From: a virus
Strand: one strand, 5' to 3'
Virus record (IMG/VR): IMGVR_UViG_3300015050_001142
Location: 1 to 64,000 of that record
DNA: 64,000 nt
Every line of letters begins with the position of its first letter. Position 1 is the stretch's first letter. The translations under genes and the position numbers were made by a program. Under the pieces are notes generated by a model that was not told where the DNA came from, made no database searches, and saw only the letters and a program-made list of their open reading frames with translations. Positions 46,601-56,700 of this stretch are shown one piece after another.

Positions 46601-48607
46601 ATTTTCTTACGTGAATTCTTAAAAATAACTGAGAAGAACACATATATAGGTAATGGTATCACTGTAGCATGGGATCAGAAATATAAAAGATTATTACTTA
46701 CAATTAAAAATAGAACTGTTGGAACTGGTGTAATTAAAATATTCCAGGATACAGATGAGTTTTGGGATTCACTTGAAGTTGGTGATGTTGTAAGTTATAA
46801 AGGTAGATTAGTTCAATTCAAAGGAAATAATGATACAATTTATTCCTGCCCAACTGTACCAACTCCTGAAGTATTGGTATGGACAAAGACTACTCCTTAC
46901 TGTACTCCAAATGATCGCAGTCCTGCGGGTAATAGCGGAATGAAAGCCTGGAGATATCGTACAAGAACTGGTGGAAGTCCTAATCCATATGTTGAATTAA
47001 ATACGCCTAACAGTGGATTGGGACCATACTTTCCACCTGAATATGATCCTGCGACATGCCCTTTACCAATCCCGGTTGTTGAATGGATTGGAATAAATCC
47101 TTATTGTGTTAAATCAGGTGGTGGAAGCCAGTGCCCTGTTGGTTGGACTCTTTCAGATGATGGTACATACTGTTATATGATCGATCAATACCCGGCAACT
47201 GCATCAACATCTCCAGCATCTGTATTGAGATTAGCACATTTTCAATACGAACATTATGGAGAAGTGGGTACTGTTGTACATAAACTTAATGGTTTCAATG
47301 CTGATGGTACTTGGGATACAGGTGATTCAGCTAAATGGCCAAATATTTATGCCCCTATAGCTTATCAAACTGTTTACAATCATGCTACTGTAATTGACTA
47401 TCCATCAGGAATGTGGAGAAATGCATTATCTAATTTAACTGATGGCAGACTAAATACAGCAGGTATATGGTTACAGGGGAATCAAAATTATAACGGTACT
47501 CTTGGATTTTCAAGGCAAGTAAATATTCCTGTTGCCGGTACTTATTACATTGGTGTTGGATCTGATGATTATGGTACTATTAAAGTCGATGGAGTAACTG
47601 TTGTAATGCAATCAGTAGCTACATTATCTGGTGTAAATTATTTGAATACGCCTGGTCAAGATTGTTTATTCAGACACTGGATATTATATCCAGTACAATT
47701 AACTGCAGGCCCACATATATTTGAATTGATTAGTACCAATACTGGTTCATTAGGCATTCTTGGAATGGAAATATATGTAGGTGATGAAGCAACTTTAATG
47801 GCTTTAACAAGTCTTGATGCCAGTCATTATTTATTTTCTACAAAAGATGAAATTGATGGAGATCCATTTGATGTTGGTAATTATAATTGTGATGCTTATC
47901 CTGGATATCAATTAGTAAATGATGGCGGTGTTTATTATTGCCGTAAAATAACAACTCAAGCGCCTGTAGCCGGTGAAACAAATACCGGATCAAAAGGATA
48001 TAACGATCGTGCACGAATAACTAATGGAGAACGCGATGGTTATGAAGAGCCTAATACATTGTTTGATGGACTAGGCACATACGTACCCCCAATTGTTGAT
48101 TATACAGCTTGTCCAGTAACATCTCCAGTGGCATCTCCGGCAGATCCGATAATTAGTGGTACTGTAACAAAGTTCTGCAGTGATGAAGGTTGTGCCGTAG
48201 AAGGGCATGTATCTTTATACCTTGAATTTGATCAACCGGTACCATTTGACTTGGTTTTATTAGTAGGAGAATTGATTACATTATTTGATGGACGTAAAGA
48301 ATATACAGGCAGTGATATCTTTACTCCACCACCAGGCGCAAGGCCGAATCAACTCTTTTATCAGGCAGGAGCTGGTAAGAATACTCCATTTGAAATCAAT
48401 ATCCCTGCAGGCGCAAGAGGTATTACTATTCCTGAAATCATTTATCAAGAAGGATACTTTGGGGTACCTTTCGCCGATTGGAGATGCAATAATTGTCAAT
48501 ATCCAATAAGTGATCTTTATTTCAAATTAAAACTACCTGAATCTGGGTACACTTTGAATTTACGTGGAGCAGAGAGTCCTGGAATAACTATTCATAATCA
48601 AAATTAA
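43622..48607 (+). CDS. tail stabilisation (muzzle) protein, N-terminal part, with appended Cys-rich/PA14-like domains
   Basis: KGIQMD..PSEQPEGTY, VRHHKMP, WGGDTF, SWRTFLPLDY, GYAGTQH, YFFVDAKQG. Confidence 0.8.
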   Translation: MKPIKGIQMDNRPSEQPEGTYPFGKNGIQFDLNGSVFNEPGFRAMTAVVPYALNGIIETDDKPILFSTNNTNSAIGFFNPKTELYEPIIDDANWALTGQYLGFKIENYITGESQRNYKGEMVVTFTDKVTYPKYLNCDNPSLASIDDLRLFAYFLPPTLTVVQAQGGKLLPGTYYVAVGYERNDGTSSPYSAVSNGTFVTPGATIGVTNKSLSITIDNADTSYDSIRVAIISRIDGKTTAVELNDFLPITGATIQLTYTGVNPSTDIAIESILTPPALYSKVGTMGQLNDALYLAELEKEPDLDDMQPYAASVILEWTSELMNALNPPEEHVTGIKKSNMHEEVYARYIRYRKARGGFTKWYVIPGPVPEAADIAASSEAAVSGYTGGSVPKFKVEDTIHYFDPVAKTGSCGVWVNTTERYPDTVDFDATSIGGPNLRNQLVRHHKMPSLRWCKANLYQTEDDYGKTKLDLLGVRALNVRIPDKYIGIINGYELGYALRTTGNMTVLGQGALMHGATDTRNYQHALNTIPIYTTGGNFTSAIFHPTVNFFSSDRGPWNDDDALQDLRLDTMRFHAFDLLFNKPAISPTFISAQFKLHRDIGYPQYLEDGTLDDTVPGDAPLGFLIDYTIGLKPVQIATGKKLRAIGSSFYLDNTVNVNQFVNLRHENTYGGTLLGTPWSIVYGNSSLRMRRGNATDYTLGMPPYEETYLINLLSLKNDIYNNFYSQMLVSSGTAKSLSDITPFWGGDTFNCDYTFHTYGRHDAVDSEGDGFRGKKIVRRIICESVSNIAVRYEIPGNIYSKWYPHNSITTGVPEQCYPTFQLRTEDPNQFGYSKDFNALNDLIDATIYSPFREYIYSFPFRIHRGGKNNRQTRPRSWRTFLPLDYYECQKNMGRIINLEGLDDHLLIHHENALFQTLDKLKLDGDVLSVTLGSGDIFQFEPQTPIDAKLGYAGTQHDLACIKTPMGYFFVDAKQGEVYLYKSNTPQNLNAGANIFLREFLKITEKNTYIGNGITVAWDQKYKRLLLTIKNRTVGTGVIKIFQDTDEFWDSLEVGDVVSYKGRLVQFKGNNDTIYSCPTVPTPEVLVWTKTTPYCTPNDRSPAGNSGMKAWRYRTRTGGSPNPYVELNTPNSGLGPYFPPEYDPATCPLPIPVVEWIGINPYCVKSGGGSQCPVGWTLSDDGTYCYMIDQYPATASTSPASVLRLAHFQYEHYGEVGTVVHKLNGFNADGTWDTGDSAKWPNIYAPIAYQTVYNHATVIDYPSGMWRNALSNLTDGRLNTAGIWLQGNQNYNGTLGFSRQVNIPVAGTYYIGVGSDDYGTIKVDGVTVVMQSVATLSGVNYLNTPGQDCLFRHWILYPVQLTAGPHIFELISTNTGSLGILGMEIYVGDEATLMALTSLDASHYLFSTKDEIDGDPFDVGNYNCDAYPGYQLVNDGGVYYCRKITTQAPVAGETNTGSKGYNDRARITNGERDGYEEPNTLFDGLGTYVPPIVDYTACPVTSPVASPADPIISGTVTKFCSDEGCAVEGHVSLYLEFDQPVPFDLVLLVGELITLFDGRKEYTGSDIFTPPPGARPNQLFYQAGAGKNTPFEINIPAGARGITIPEIIYQEGYFGVPFADWRCNNCQYPISDLYFKLKLPESGYTLNLRGAESPGITIHNQN

Positions 48608-48612
48608 TTACA

Positions 48613-49368
48613 ATGCCTGTACTTGGTTGTATGAATCCGAATGCTGTTAATTATAATCCTTCTGCAACTCAGGAAGATAATAGTTGTATATACCTGATTA
48701 GCCATGATTCTGAATGTAAAAAGTTTATTGATTACACAGATGTAATTGATCGATCATTTACTTTATCTTATTCAATCATGGGGAATTCATGGGTATTCTT
48801 TCATGATTATATACCGGATATGTACCTGCAAACAAGAGAGAATCTCTATTCAGTTAAGCAATCTGAAATTCGTAAACACCATGAAGGAGCACCAGGTAAT
48901 TATGACGGTACTATTAGCCCGTTCTTTATTGATATAATATTTAGAGCTGAATCAGACCTATTATTAGAATCAATTACCTGGATAACCGAATTCCTTGACG
49001 CTAATGCGAAAGATCAGGAATTCGATACATTAACTCATATTAGTATTTGGAATTCTACTCAACATTCAGGACGAATTGAACTTTCTCAAGTATTTGAGAA
49101 TTTAGAATTTCAGGTAAGACGTACTCAGGGATCATGGACATTCAACGATTTCCGTAATATCATTAAAGACAATGGAGTACAGTTCTTACTCGATCTTTTC
49201 CATAATTATCGTCTGGATACAGATCAAATAGATCCTAACCTTTCATGGTACGATAAAGCTTTACTTCAAGATAAGTGGTTTTGTATCAGATTTGAGTCTG
49301 ATAATATATCAGGAAAGAAAGTTATCTTGCATGATACAACGATCACAGCATTAAAATCTAACCGATGA
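48613..49368 (+). CDS. C-terminal part of the tail stabilisation protein, as a separate ORF
   Basis: SFTLSYS...WVFFHDYIPD, WNSTQHSG, W.FNDFR; N-terminal GCMNPNAVNYNPSAT.EDNSC. Confidence 0.7.
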   Translation: MPVLGCMNPNAVNYNPSATQEDNSCIYLISHDSECKKFIDYTDVIDRSFTLSYSIMGNSWVFFHDYIPDMYLQTRENLYSVKQSEIRKHHEGAPGNYDGTISPFFIDIIFRAESDLLLESITWITEFLDANAKDQEFDTLTHISIWNSTQHSGRIELSQVFENLEFQVRRTQGSWTFNDFRNIIKDNGVQFLLDLFHNYRLDTDQIDPNLSWYDKALLQDKWFCIRFESDNISGKKVILHDTTITALKSNR

Positions 49369-50348
49369 GTAAGTTATATAAACGATATGGAAACGGTGGG
49401 GATACTACAAAAATAAGAGTGCCTAAACTTAATATGGCAGAAGAAATTGCTGCTATTAATGCAGGTAAAAAAGGATTTAGTGATGTACAAAGAGATAGCA
49501 TTGCTGCAACATTTGATAGAAAATCATGGCTTCATACTGTTGATAAAGCTGGATTTGATACAACCAAAATTATAAATTCAAAAGCACCTATAAATACAAC
49601 TATAGTTAAACGAAGAATGGGTAATGGTGGAGATACAAGGTCTGCTGTTCTTGGTAATCAAATTGGTACTGCAGCTGGTGTCGGTGCGGGAGTCATTGAT
49701 GCATTTGATGGCGGAAATGATTTAGGGTACCAGGGAAAAGGTACAGTAATTGGTAAGAGTGTGCTGACTGGAGCTGCAACTGGAGCTATGTTTGGACCGA
49801 TTGGGGCCGGCGTTGGTGCTGTAGTTGGCGGTATTACCGGGATTGTTCGTGCCGGCCAACAAGCTAATGAACAAAAAACATTGAGATCCCGTATCAAGAC
49901 GAATAAATTCATGAATGATGCCGCTAATTCTCAAGCACGAATAGCAACTAATCCTGAACTTGTAACCGGTTCACAGAATGCTCAATACTTTGCTGATGGT
50001 GGTCAAATGAAAGCACCACTTACTGAAGCTTATATGAAAGGCGGTAATGCGAAACAATTATCATCAACCAATAGCGAACTTGAAGGTAATAGCCATGAAC
50101 AAGGTGGAATTGATGTACCTGCTGTAAATGCTAATCTGGAAGATGGCGAAACAACTGCAGGTACTTTTGTATTCAGTGAGAAATTAGGATTCGCTAAATT
50201 GCATAAGCCTATTGCCAGAGCGATCGGTAAGATTGAGGAGAAAGTACAAACTCCTGATCGTGTTGAAGCTATAAAACGATTGAAAGCAAGAGAACAGGAA
50301 TTAGCACAGAAACAAGAATTATACAAAAAGCTTTATAATATAAATTGA
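49365..50348 (+). CDS. cargo/ejection protein with glycine-zipper TM region
   Basis: GAATGAMFGPIGAGVGAVVGG; EGNSHEQGGI...EDGET...VFS; repeated xxGG motifs. Confidence 0.7.
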   Translation: MSKLYKRYGNGGDTTKIRVPKLNMAEEIAAINAGKKGFSDVQRDSIAATFDRKSWLHTVDKAGFDTTKIINSKAPINTTIVKRRMGNGGDTRSAVLGNQIGTAAGVGAGVIDAFDGGNDLGYQGKGTVIGKSVLTGAATGAMFGPIGAGVGAVVGGITGIVRAGQQANEQKTLRSRIKTNKFMNDAANSQARIATNPELVTGSQNAQYFADGGQMKAPLTEAYMKGGNAKQLSSTNSELEGNSHEQGGIDVPAVNANLEDGETTAGTFVFSEKLGFAKLHKPIARAIGKIEEKVQTPDRVEAIKRLKAREQELAQKQELYKKLYNIN

Positions 50349-50353
50349 TTTCT

Positions 50354-51427
50354 ATGAAACAATTATCTAAAGGATTTCGTAAGATGGCTTATGGCGGTGA
50401 TAATGATCCGTTCTCTGGTTCATCATCTGCATCTGTAAGTTCTACTCGTAAAAAGAAATGGAATCCAGATATTAAAGCTGCGCCACAATCTTTTATGGGT
50501 ACTGCTTTAAATCTTACGCCTAAGAAACGATTTACTGGAAGTACAGCAGATCCTGATTTGAAAAAACCTGGAGTTAGTGCAATTGTAGATAAGATATTGC
50601 CTTATGCAAGTAATATTGCTAATGCGTTTCGCCGTGCGCCAAAACCATCAGCTCCAATATTAAATGCAGCTCAGAAATTACAGAAGATTAATATGGATGA
50701 TGCGCGGTACCAAGTTGGTCGTGAGATAGGCGCTTCTAATACTGGAGCCGATCGTACACTCGATAGTAATACTGCAATGTCAGTTAAGTTATTTAATTCC
50801 GGTCGTAAGATTAATGAATTAGGAAAGATTAATGAATTCGAGAAGAATGCCAATGCGGGAATCTCTAATCAACAAGCAATGCTGGATTATCAAAATCAAG
50901 TTGGTAATAATGCAAAGCTTGATGAATTTAACAATACTATACTTGAAGGTAAGATTGCTGATAGCGCAAATCAATCTGCAAACTTTGCTAATGCTGCAGA
51001 TAAATATATTGCTATTGGTAACGAGAGAGCTAAAGGTCAACTCGATCTTGATAAGACAAAAACACTTTCAACAATGTTCTCAACAAATGGACCAGGGGGT
51101 GGGTTGTTTAATCGTGAAAGATTACGTATTGCAAAGACAGGTGCTGTTGATCCATTACTTGGCCGAGCATTAACTCCAATGGAAATAGCACAGATTGGAT
51201 ATACTAATGATGAACCAGTAGTTACCAGTACACCACCTGCAGTTCAACCTACCGCTGTTACGCCAGCACCGATAAGTTCCGATCGTATTCCTTATATGCC
51301 ACCACAAGCAAAAGGGTATCCTTACAGTAATACCACTTTACCAAAACAATTTTCAGTTCCAGCTAATCCACTGATACGTAAATCAAAGTTTCAATTGGGT
51401 GGACAAATGAGAAAAGTTAAATACTAA
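50354..51427 (+). CDS. cargo/ejection protein
   Basis: N/Q/A-rich helical region; RKMAYGG and KFQLGG motifs. Confidence 0.65.
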   Translation: MKQLSKGFRKMAYGGDNDPFSGSSSASVSSTRKKKWNPDIKAAPQSFMGTALNLTPKKRFTGSTADPDLKKPGVSAIVDKILPYASNIANAFRRAPKPSAPILNAAQKLQKINMDDARYQVGREIGASNTGADRTLDSNTAMSVKLFNSGRKINELGKINEFEKNANAGISNQQAMLDYQNQVGNNAKLDEFNNTILEGKIADSANQSANFANAADKYIAIGNERAKGQLDLDKTKTLSTMFSTNGPGGGLFNRERLRIAKTGAVDPLLGRALTPMEIAQIGYTNDEPVVTSTPPAVQPTAVTPAPISSDRIPYMPPQAKGYPYSNTTLPKQFSVPANPLIRKSKFQLGGQMRKVKY

Positions 51428-51430
51428 GCC

Positions 51431-53749
51431 ATGTCATTATACGATAGATTCCGTTTAAGCAATTCAACTGAGATCCCACGATATCAAGGATCAACTGGCC
51501 CTGAAGCAATTCAGGTAGGTAGTTATTTGCAAGGTAAGTACGATGTTGCTGAACAAGGTATTGGTACTATTGGTGATGCATCGATGAATATTATTAATAA
51601 TGCAGTACCTGAAGATCGTGAAGAAGCATTGAACTATCAAAGAGAAGTTAATAGTAAACTCGATGAATTCTCTAAACGTGGTGATCTTGAGAACCTGGTA
51701 CCTTCGGTTCAATCACTTGGTAGAAAGTTCTCAGCTAATTCTCAAGCATTCTATCAGCGTGCACAAGCTCAATCAGCCTTCCAAAAACAACTTGATGAAC
51801 AGGATAAGGGTAAACCTGAAGCATTAACTCCTGAACAAAAACAGATAGCAATGATGATGGCCAGAACAAATAATGGCTCAATCAAGAAAGATGCTAATGG
51901 TAATTACATGGGTACTTGGTCAGGAGATACTATTGCTCCAAACGTTGATACCAGTAAGATCGTTGATGATGCAATGAAAGAACGTGTAATCAGTAAACAT
52001 GGTTCAGAATGGTACGAGCGCCATAAGAATGATGCTACATTCAGTCGTGGTGCTGATGGAGAAATATGGATGAAACTTGGAAATAAAACTGAAAAAGAAT
52101 CTCTTGGTAAAATCCATGATATTCTTAACCCAGCATTATCTAATAATCAAGCTTATCAAGCAGCTAAACAACGCGAAGGAAAGTTTGCCACATTCTTAGC
52201 TGGTAACAAAATTAAAGATCCGTCTGATTTATCTGATACTGTAACTGTTGCAGGTAAACAAGTACCAAATCCTATTAAGCAACAGGCATTACAATTATCA
52301 AAAGAGAAAGGAATTCCATTTAAAGATGCTGTTGCATCTATTGCCGGTAATATGTCTGCACAACAATTTGAGGATAATGCTTATCAATACGCATACAATA
52401 AATACTTCCAGGATGATAAACATACAACTGTAGATATGACTGCAGATCCATTTGCATTAAAGGGTACCAGAGAAGGACCGGATGAGTTCCGTATCGCTGG
52501 TGTAGGCCCGAATACTGAAGCTGGATTTGTTGGTGGTAATGTTGACCATGATATTACGCAATCTCAGAAAGCTATAAGTGGATTACAAGATCAATTGAGT
52601 TTCAAACAAATTCAATTAGCTCAAGCTCAAAAGAATGGTCAACCTCTTGGTAATCTTGAGGCTGATATTGAAGCGTTACAAACTCAGATTAATGGTAATA
52701 CTGCAATCATGAATGCAGCTACTGAAAGGAAAAATCGTGTAGCTGATGCGGCTGTACAGAAAGCTAATATTGATGATGGTACTGGAAAACCAATTACATC
52801 TTATGTACAGTTATTGAAATCTGAATTACCGAAAGTAACTGGTGAGGTACGTAAGCTTTATCCTAAAGGATTATTTATTGGTGGAATGATTTTAAGTCCT
52901 GAGCAATTGGCTGATATTGCCATGAACAATAAAATTAAAACTATTGTACCTGCTGATGCCGGTAGTGGACCAGGAGCGATAAATTCAGCTAAAACTGCAA
53001 TACAATTACCAAATGGTAAAGTAGTAGAATTTGCTAATAATTCTGAAAGAGCGAAAGTATTGAACGGATTATTACATTTGAACACAAAAGTTCGTAATGG
53101 TGAAGTTACCAATCTTAATAAAGTAAATGAAGCTGCGAAGACTATTGATAAGACAGCATTGAAAAATTTTAGCATGACTCCAGATGCTGTTGGATTAAAT
53201 GAAGAAGAAGCTAAAGCAATCAGCCATTTTGGAATTGGCAGTGGTAAGGTTTATGAAGTACCAGGTACTATGCAGGAATATAAGAAAGCTGATATTCAGA
53301 AAATGATCTGGGAGCCTCAATCTTATAATATTCAAACTAATCGTATTCAAGGTAGGTTTAAAGATCCTGATAGTAAAGAATATACTTCTCCAATGGAAAT
53401 TGATATGCCATCGAATGTACCAAGTGAATTACGTACCCGTATTGCCAAACGCTCGAAAGGTGATCCTGCGTGGACTGGCATTGTAAAAGAGCTTGAATTA
53501 AATGGTAAAGATCCATTGAAATATATTCAACCAAATACTGGTATCACAGAACATCCAGGAAGTAAGCAACCATTGAAATTAACTGATGGTACAAAGGTTG
53601 AATTATTCCTTGATCATCGCGGAACAACTCCTGAATGGCAGGTAAGAATACCAGGCAGTGATAAACCGGTTCGTAAACCAGATGGAAGTATTTATCGAAC
53701 AACTAACCAGGCCATTGCACATTCATGGCTCGAAAGCTTAAGTAAATGA
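51431..53749 (+). CDS. large helical cargo protein
   Basis: 772 aa in the cargo block upstream of the vRNAP. Confidence 0.65.
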   Translation: MSLYDRFRLSNSTEIPRYQGSTGPEAIQVGSYLQGKYDVAEQGIGTIGDASMNIINNAVPEDREEALNYQREVNSKLDEFSKRGDLENLVPSVQSLGRKFSANSQAFYQRAQAQSAFQKQLDEQDKGKPEALTPEQKQIAMMMARTNNGSIKKDANGNYMGTWSGDTIAPNVDTSKIVDDAMKERVISKHGSEWYERHKNDATFSRGADGEIWMKLGNKTEKESLGKIHDILNPALSNNQAYQAAKQREGKFATFLAGNKIKDPSDLSDTVTVAGKQVPNPIKQQALQLSKEKGIPFKDAVASIAGNMSAQQFEDNAYQYAYNKYFQDDKHTTVDMTADPFALKGTREGPDEFRIAGVGPNTEAGFVGGNVDHDITQSQKAISGLQDQLSFKQIQLAQAQKNGQPLGNLEADIEALQTQINGNTAIMNAATERKNRVADAAVQKANIDDGTGKPITSYVQLLKSELPKVTGEVRKLYPKGLFIGGMILSPEQLADIAMNNKIKTIVPADAGSGPGAINSAKTAIQLPNGKVVEFANNSERAKVLNGLLHLNTKVRNGEVTNLNKVNEAAKTIDKTALKNFSMTPDAVGLNEEEAKAISHFGIGSGKVYEVPGTMQEYKKADIQKMIWEPQSYNIQTNRIQGRFKDPDSKEYTSPMEIDMPSNVPSELRTRIAKRSKGDPAWTGIVKELELNGKDPLKYIQPNTGITEHPGSKQPLKLTDGTKVELFLDHRGTTPEWQVRIPGSDKPVRKPDGSIYRTTNQAIAHSWLESLSK

Positions 53750-56700
53750 TAAACGATCTTAATGATATCTACGACCCACAACAAGTAGAGCAACCCAAAC
53801 CAGTACCAAAGACAGCCGGCCCCGGACCTAAAAAACCAGTGCCGGCTGCTCCTATTGTGGAAGGGCCGGGAACACGCGCACAAACATCTGGAACTGATGT
53901 ACCGGATTATGCTGGCTATATGCCTGAAGGTGTATACGATTCCAAAGGTGATTTAGATTTATTACGCGGTGAAAGACAATCGGGATTTGCTAAACTTGGG
54001 ATTCGTGCGGCTAATCTTATCCCCAATATGGCTGCATCTGTATTAGGTATGATCGGTTATACTGGTGCATTAGTAATGGATTGGGGAGATAACAGAGATT
54101 ATTCCAATGCTTTTACTCAGGCTGCTGATGAGATGAAAGATCCATTCGGTAAAACTTATCGCAGAAGTAATGATGTATTCGCATTAAGTGATCCTACATG
54201 GTGGATAGATAATATTGCCAATCTTACCGAGATGGCGGTACCCTTTGCAGGAGAAGCAGCCCTGGTTGGTAATCTTATGAGTAAGGTTGCATCTGGTGCA
54301 TCCAAATTGATGAGGCTTGGACAAACTGGTTCCCGTATAGCTCAGGGAGCTGCACAATTGGGTACTGCAGGCTTTACAGCTTATACAGAAGCTGCTATGG
54401 ATGGTGCTGGTGTATTCCAGAAAACTTATGATGCACAGGTTCAGAAATTACTTGGTAAAGGAGTGCCTGTTGATCAAGCGAAAGAACAGGCCAAACATAT
54501 CGCTGCTCAATCAGCTGCAACTACTGTACAACTCTCTACAGCAATGACAACATTGCTCAATTTATCATCTGTTGCTCCATTCTTTAAGAAATCCGAGGAT
54601 GTGGTTGCTGATGTGTTAAAGAACCAAATGAAAAGAGAAGTTGGTGAAACTGTTGAACAATGGGGAAAGAGAATTAAGAACTTACAAGCAACTCAATTCA
54701 AGGATAAATTATTTGGTAATACAAAATCAACTCTTGCGCGTGAAGCTGGTCAGGAAGGATTTGAAGAACTGGAACAATATTTCGCACAGCGTACAGGTGA
54801 AGAAGAAGGTGAGAAGGGCACTGTACATGGATTCCTCGATCAGTTTAAACAACTGGAACATTTCTTTGATCGTACAATGGATCAACAAGGTGCATTATCA
54901 TTTGCATTAGGTGCATTCGGTGGTGTAGCTCAAACTGCATTGATACATAGTATTGTTCCATCAAAATATTCTGAGATCAATCAGGATGGAAATAAAACTC
55001 AAGCTATTGATAAGGATGGTACACCAATGTTTGATAAGAAAGGTACCCCATTGTATGAGAGGAAATTAGTTACTCCTCGTACATATGATCAGTGGAGTAC
55101 TAATCAAACGTTCACTAATATGCGTGATGCATTAGCTACTGATATCACCAATTTCAGTAAGATGCAGAATGATTTTGTTACAGCATCGAAAGCCGGTAAT
55201 GCTGTTGAAGCAGATAAGATTCGTAATAAGATGTTCAATGTTGCTAATCTCCAGGCAATTAAAACTGGTATGGCTGAACCGTGGATTGGTACTTATAATG
55301 ATATTGCTTCTCTTGATAATACAGAATCAATTGATCCGGCTGATGAGAATGGCCCAACTGAAGCTATGCAACGTGGTTATGCAAAAGATCGTACTGATAA
55401 TGAGTATAAACAAAAAGCAACTAAGGCCGCAGGTGATATTGTAAAGTACCAGAATGAATATGATAAACTGGTTAAACGATACGGTGCTCAATATGAAGGT
55501 AATAAAGGATTGATGCCTGTTATTGATAACATCTTTGCGCGTAAGGTAGCTTTGATGTCTGATAATGATACGTTGACAGAGCATGAAGAGAAGCTCAAGG
55601 TAATGGAAGCTGAGGAGAATGAGATGGTACATGTCTCTAATCCAATTGATTTTGATGCATCTCTTGGTGATTATCAGAAACAAGCTGCAGCTGCGCAGGA
55701 AGTAAGTAAACGATTGATTGCTGATCATAAATTAATTGAGAAAGCATTAGCTGATAATGATGTGGTACTCGCTAAGAAATTAGTTGAGAAATATAAAGCT
55801 GTTGGTATCAATGATAGCGATTTAGTAAGTGCATTAAAAGATCTTTCAACTAAGATCCATAAAGGAAATGAATTGCAGCTTCACAAGATGCAGCAAGCTG
55901 AGGAGAAATTAATGAATTCATCTGGATACCTGCAATGGAAAGAACATAATCCAACAAAGGAATTCAAAGATTATCGTAATGAAGTAGAAAAGAAATATAA
56001 TCTTTCTGCAACTAATAATGCGTATCGTGCAAATATTGAAGAAGCTCGTGCTCAATATAATATTGCATCACAGAATTACAATGATATTGTGGCTGAGAAA
56101 TCAGTTCACAAATTTGTATCTAAAGCCAGTAATTGGTTGAATGTATTAGAAGCTAATACTGCACGCATCCAGGCTGCAGAGCGAGCTGAGTTAGCAATTC
56201 GTGCGAAGGATAAAGCTACAATGCAAACATTGAATGGTACTGCACCTGTTGCTACAAGTGTACCAGTTACAGAAGCTGTTGAACCAGAACAGGTTGCTGA
56301 GGAGCCTGATGAGATACCAGAACCAGAAGTTGCTGTGATCACAGATGATATTCAAGATAAATTAGAAGATATTCAAGAAAGGCAACGCAGTGATTTTGGT
56401 AATATGACTATTGCTCATCATTTAGCTCATGCACCTTTAACATCTGCAGATGGAAAGTTTGTTATAATTAAGGGTACCAAAGAGGAAGTTAAAGATCAAA
56501 TTTTAGCTTTTCATGCAGCTGAAATTGCAGCTTTAGGTTTACCTGATATAGTACCACCAGTTGTAACTGATAGTCCAATCATCGCATTACCAAATGATTC
56601 AATCGCTGAAGCCCTGCCTACAGAATTAGGAATGCACATGGGTAAGAAAACAGTTGATGTATTATCAATTGCAAACAGTACCATTGGCTATCATGAAGTA

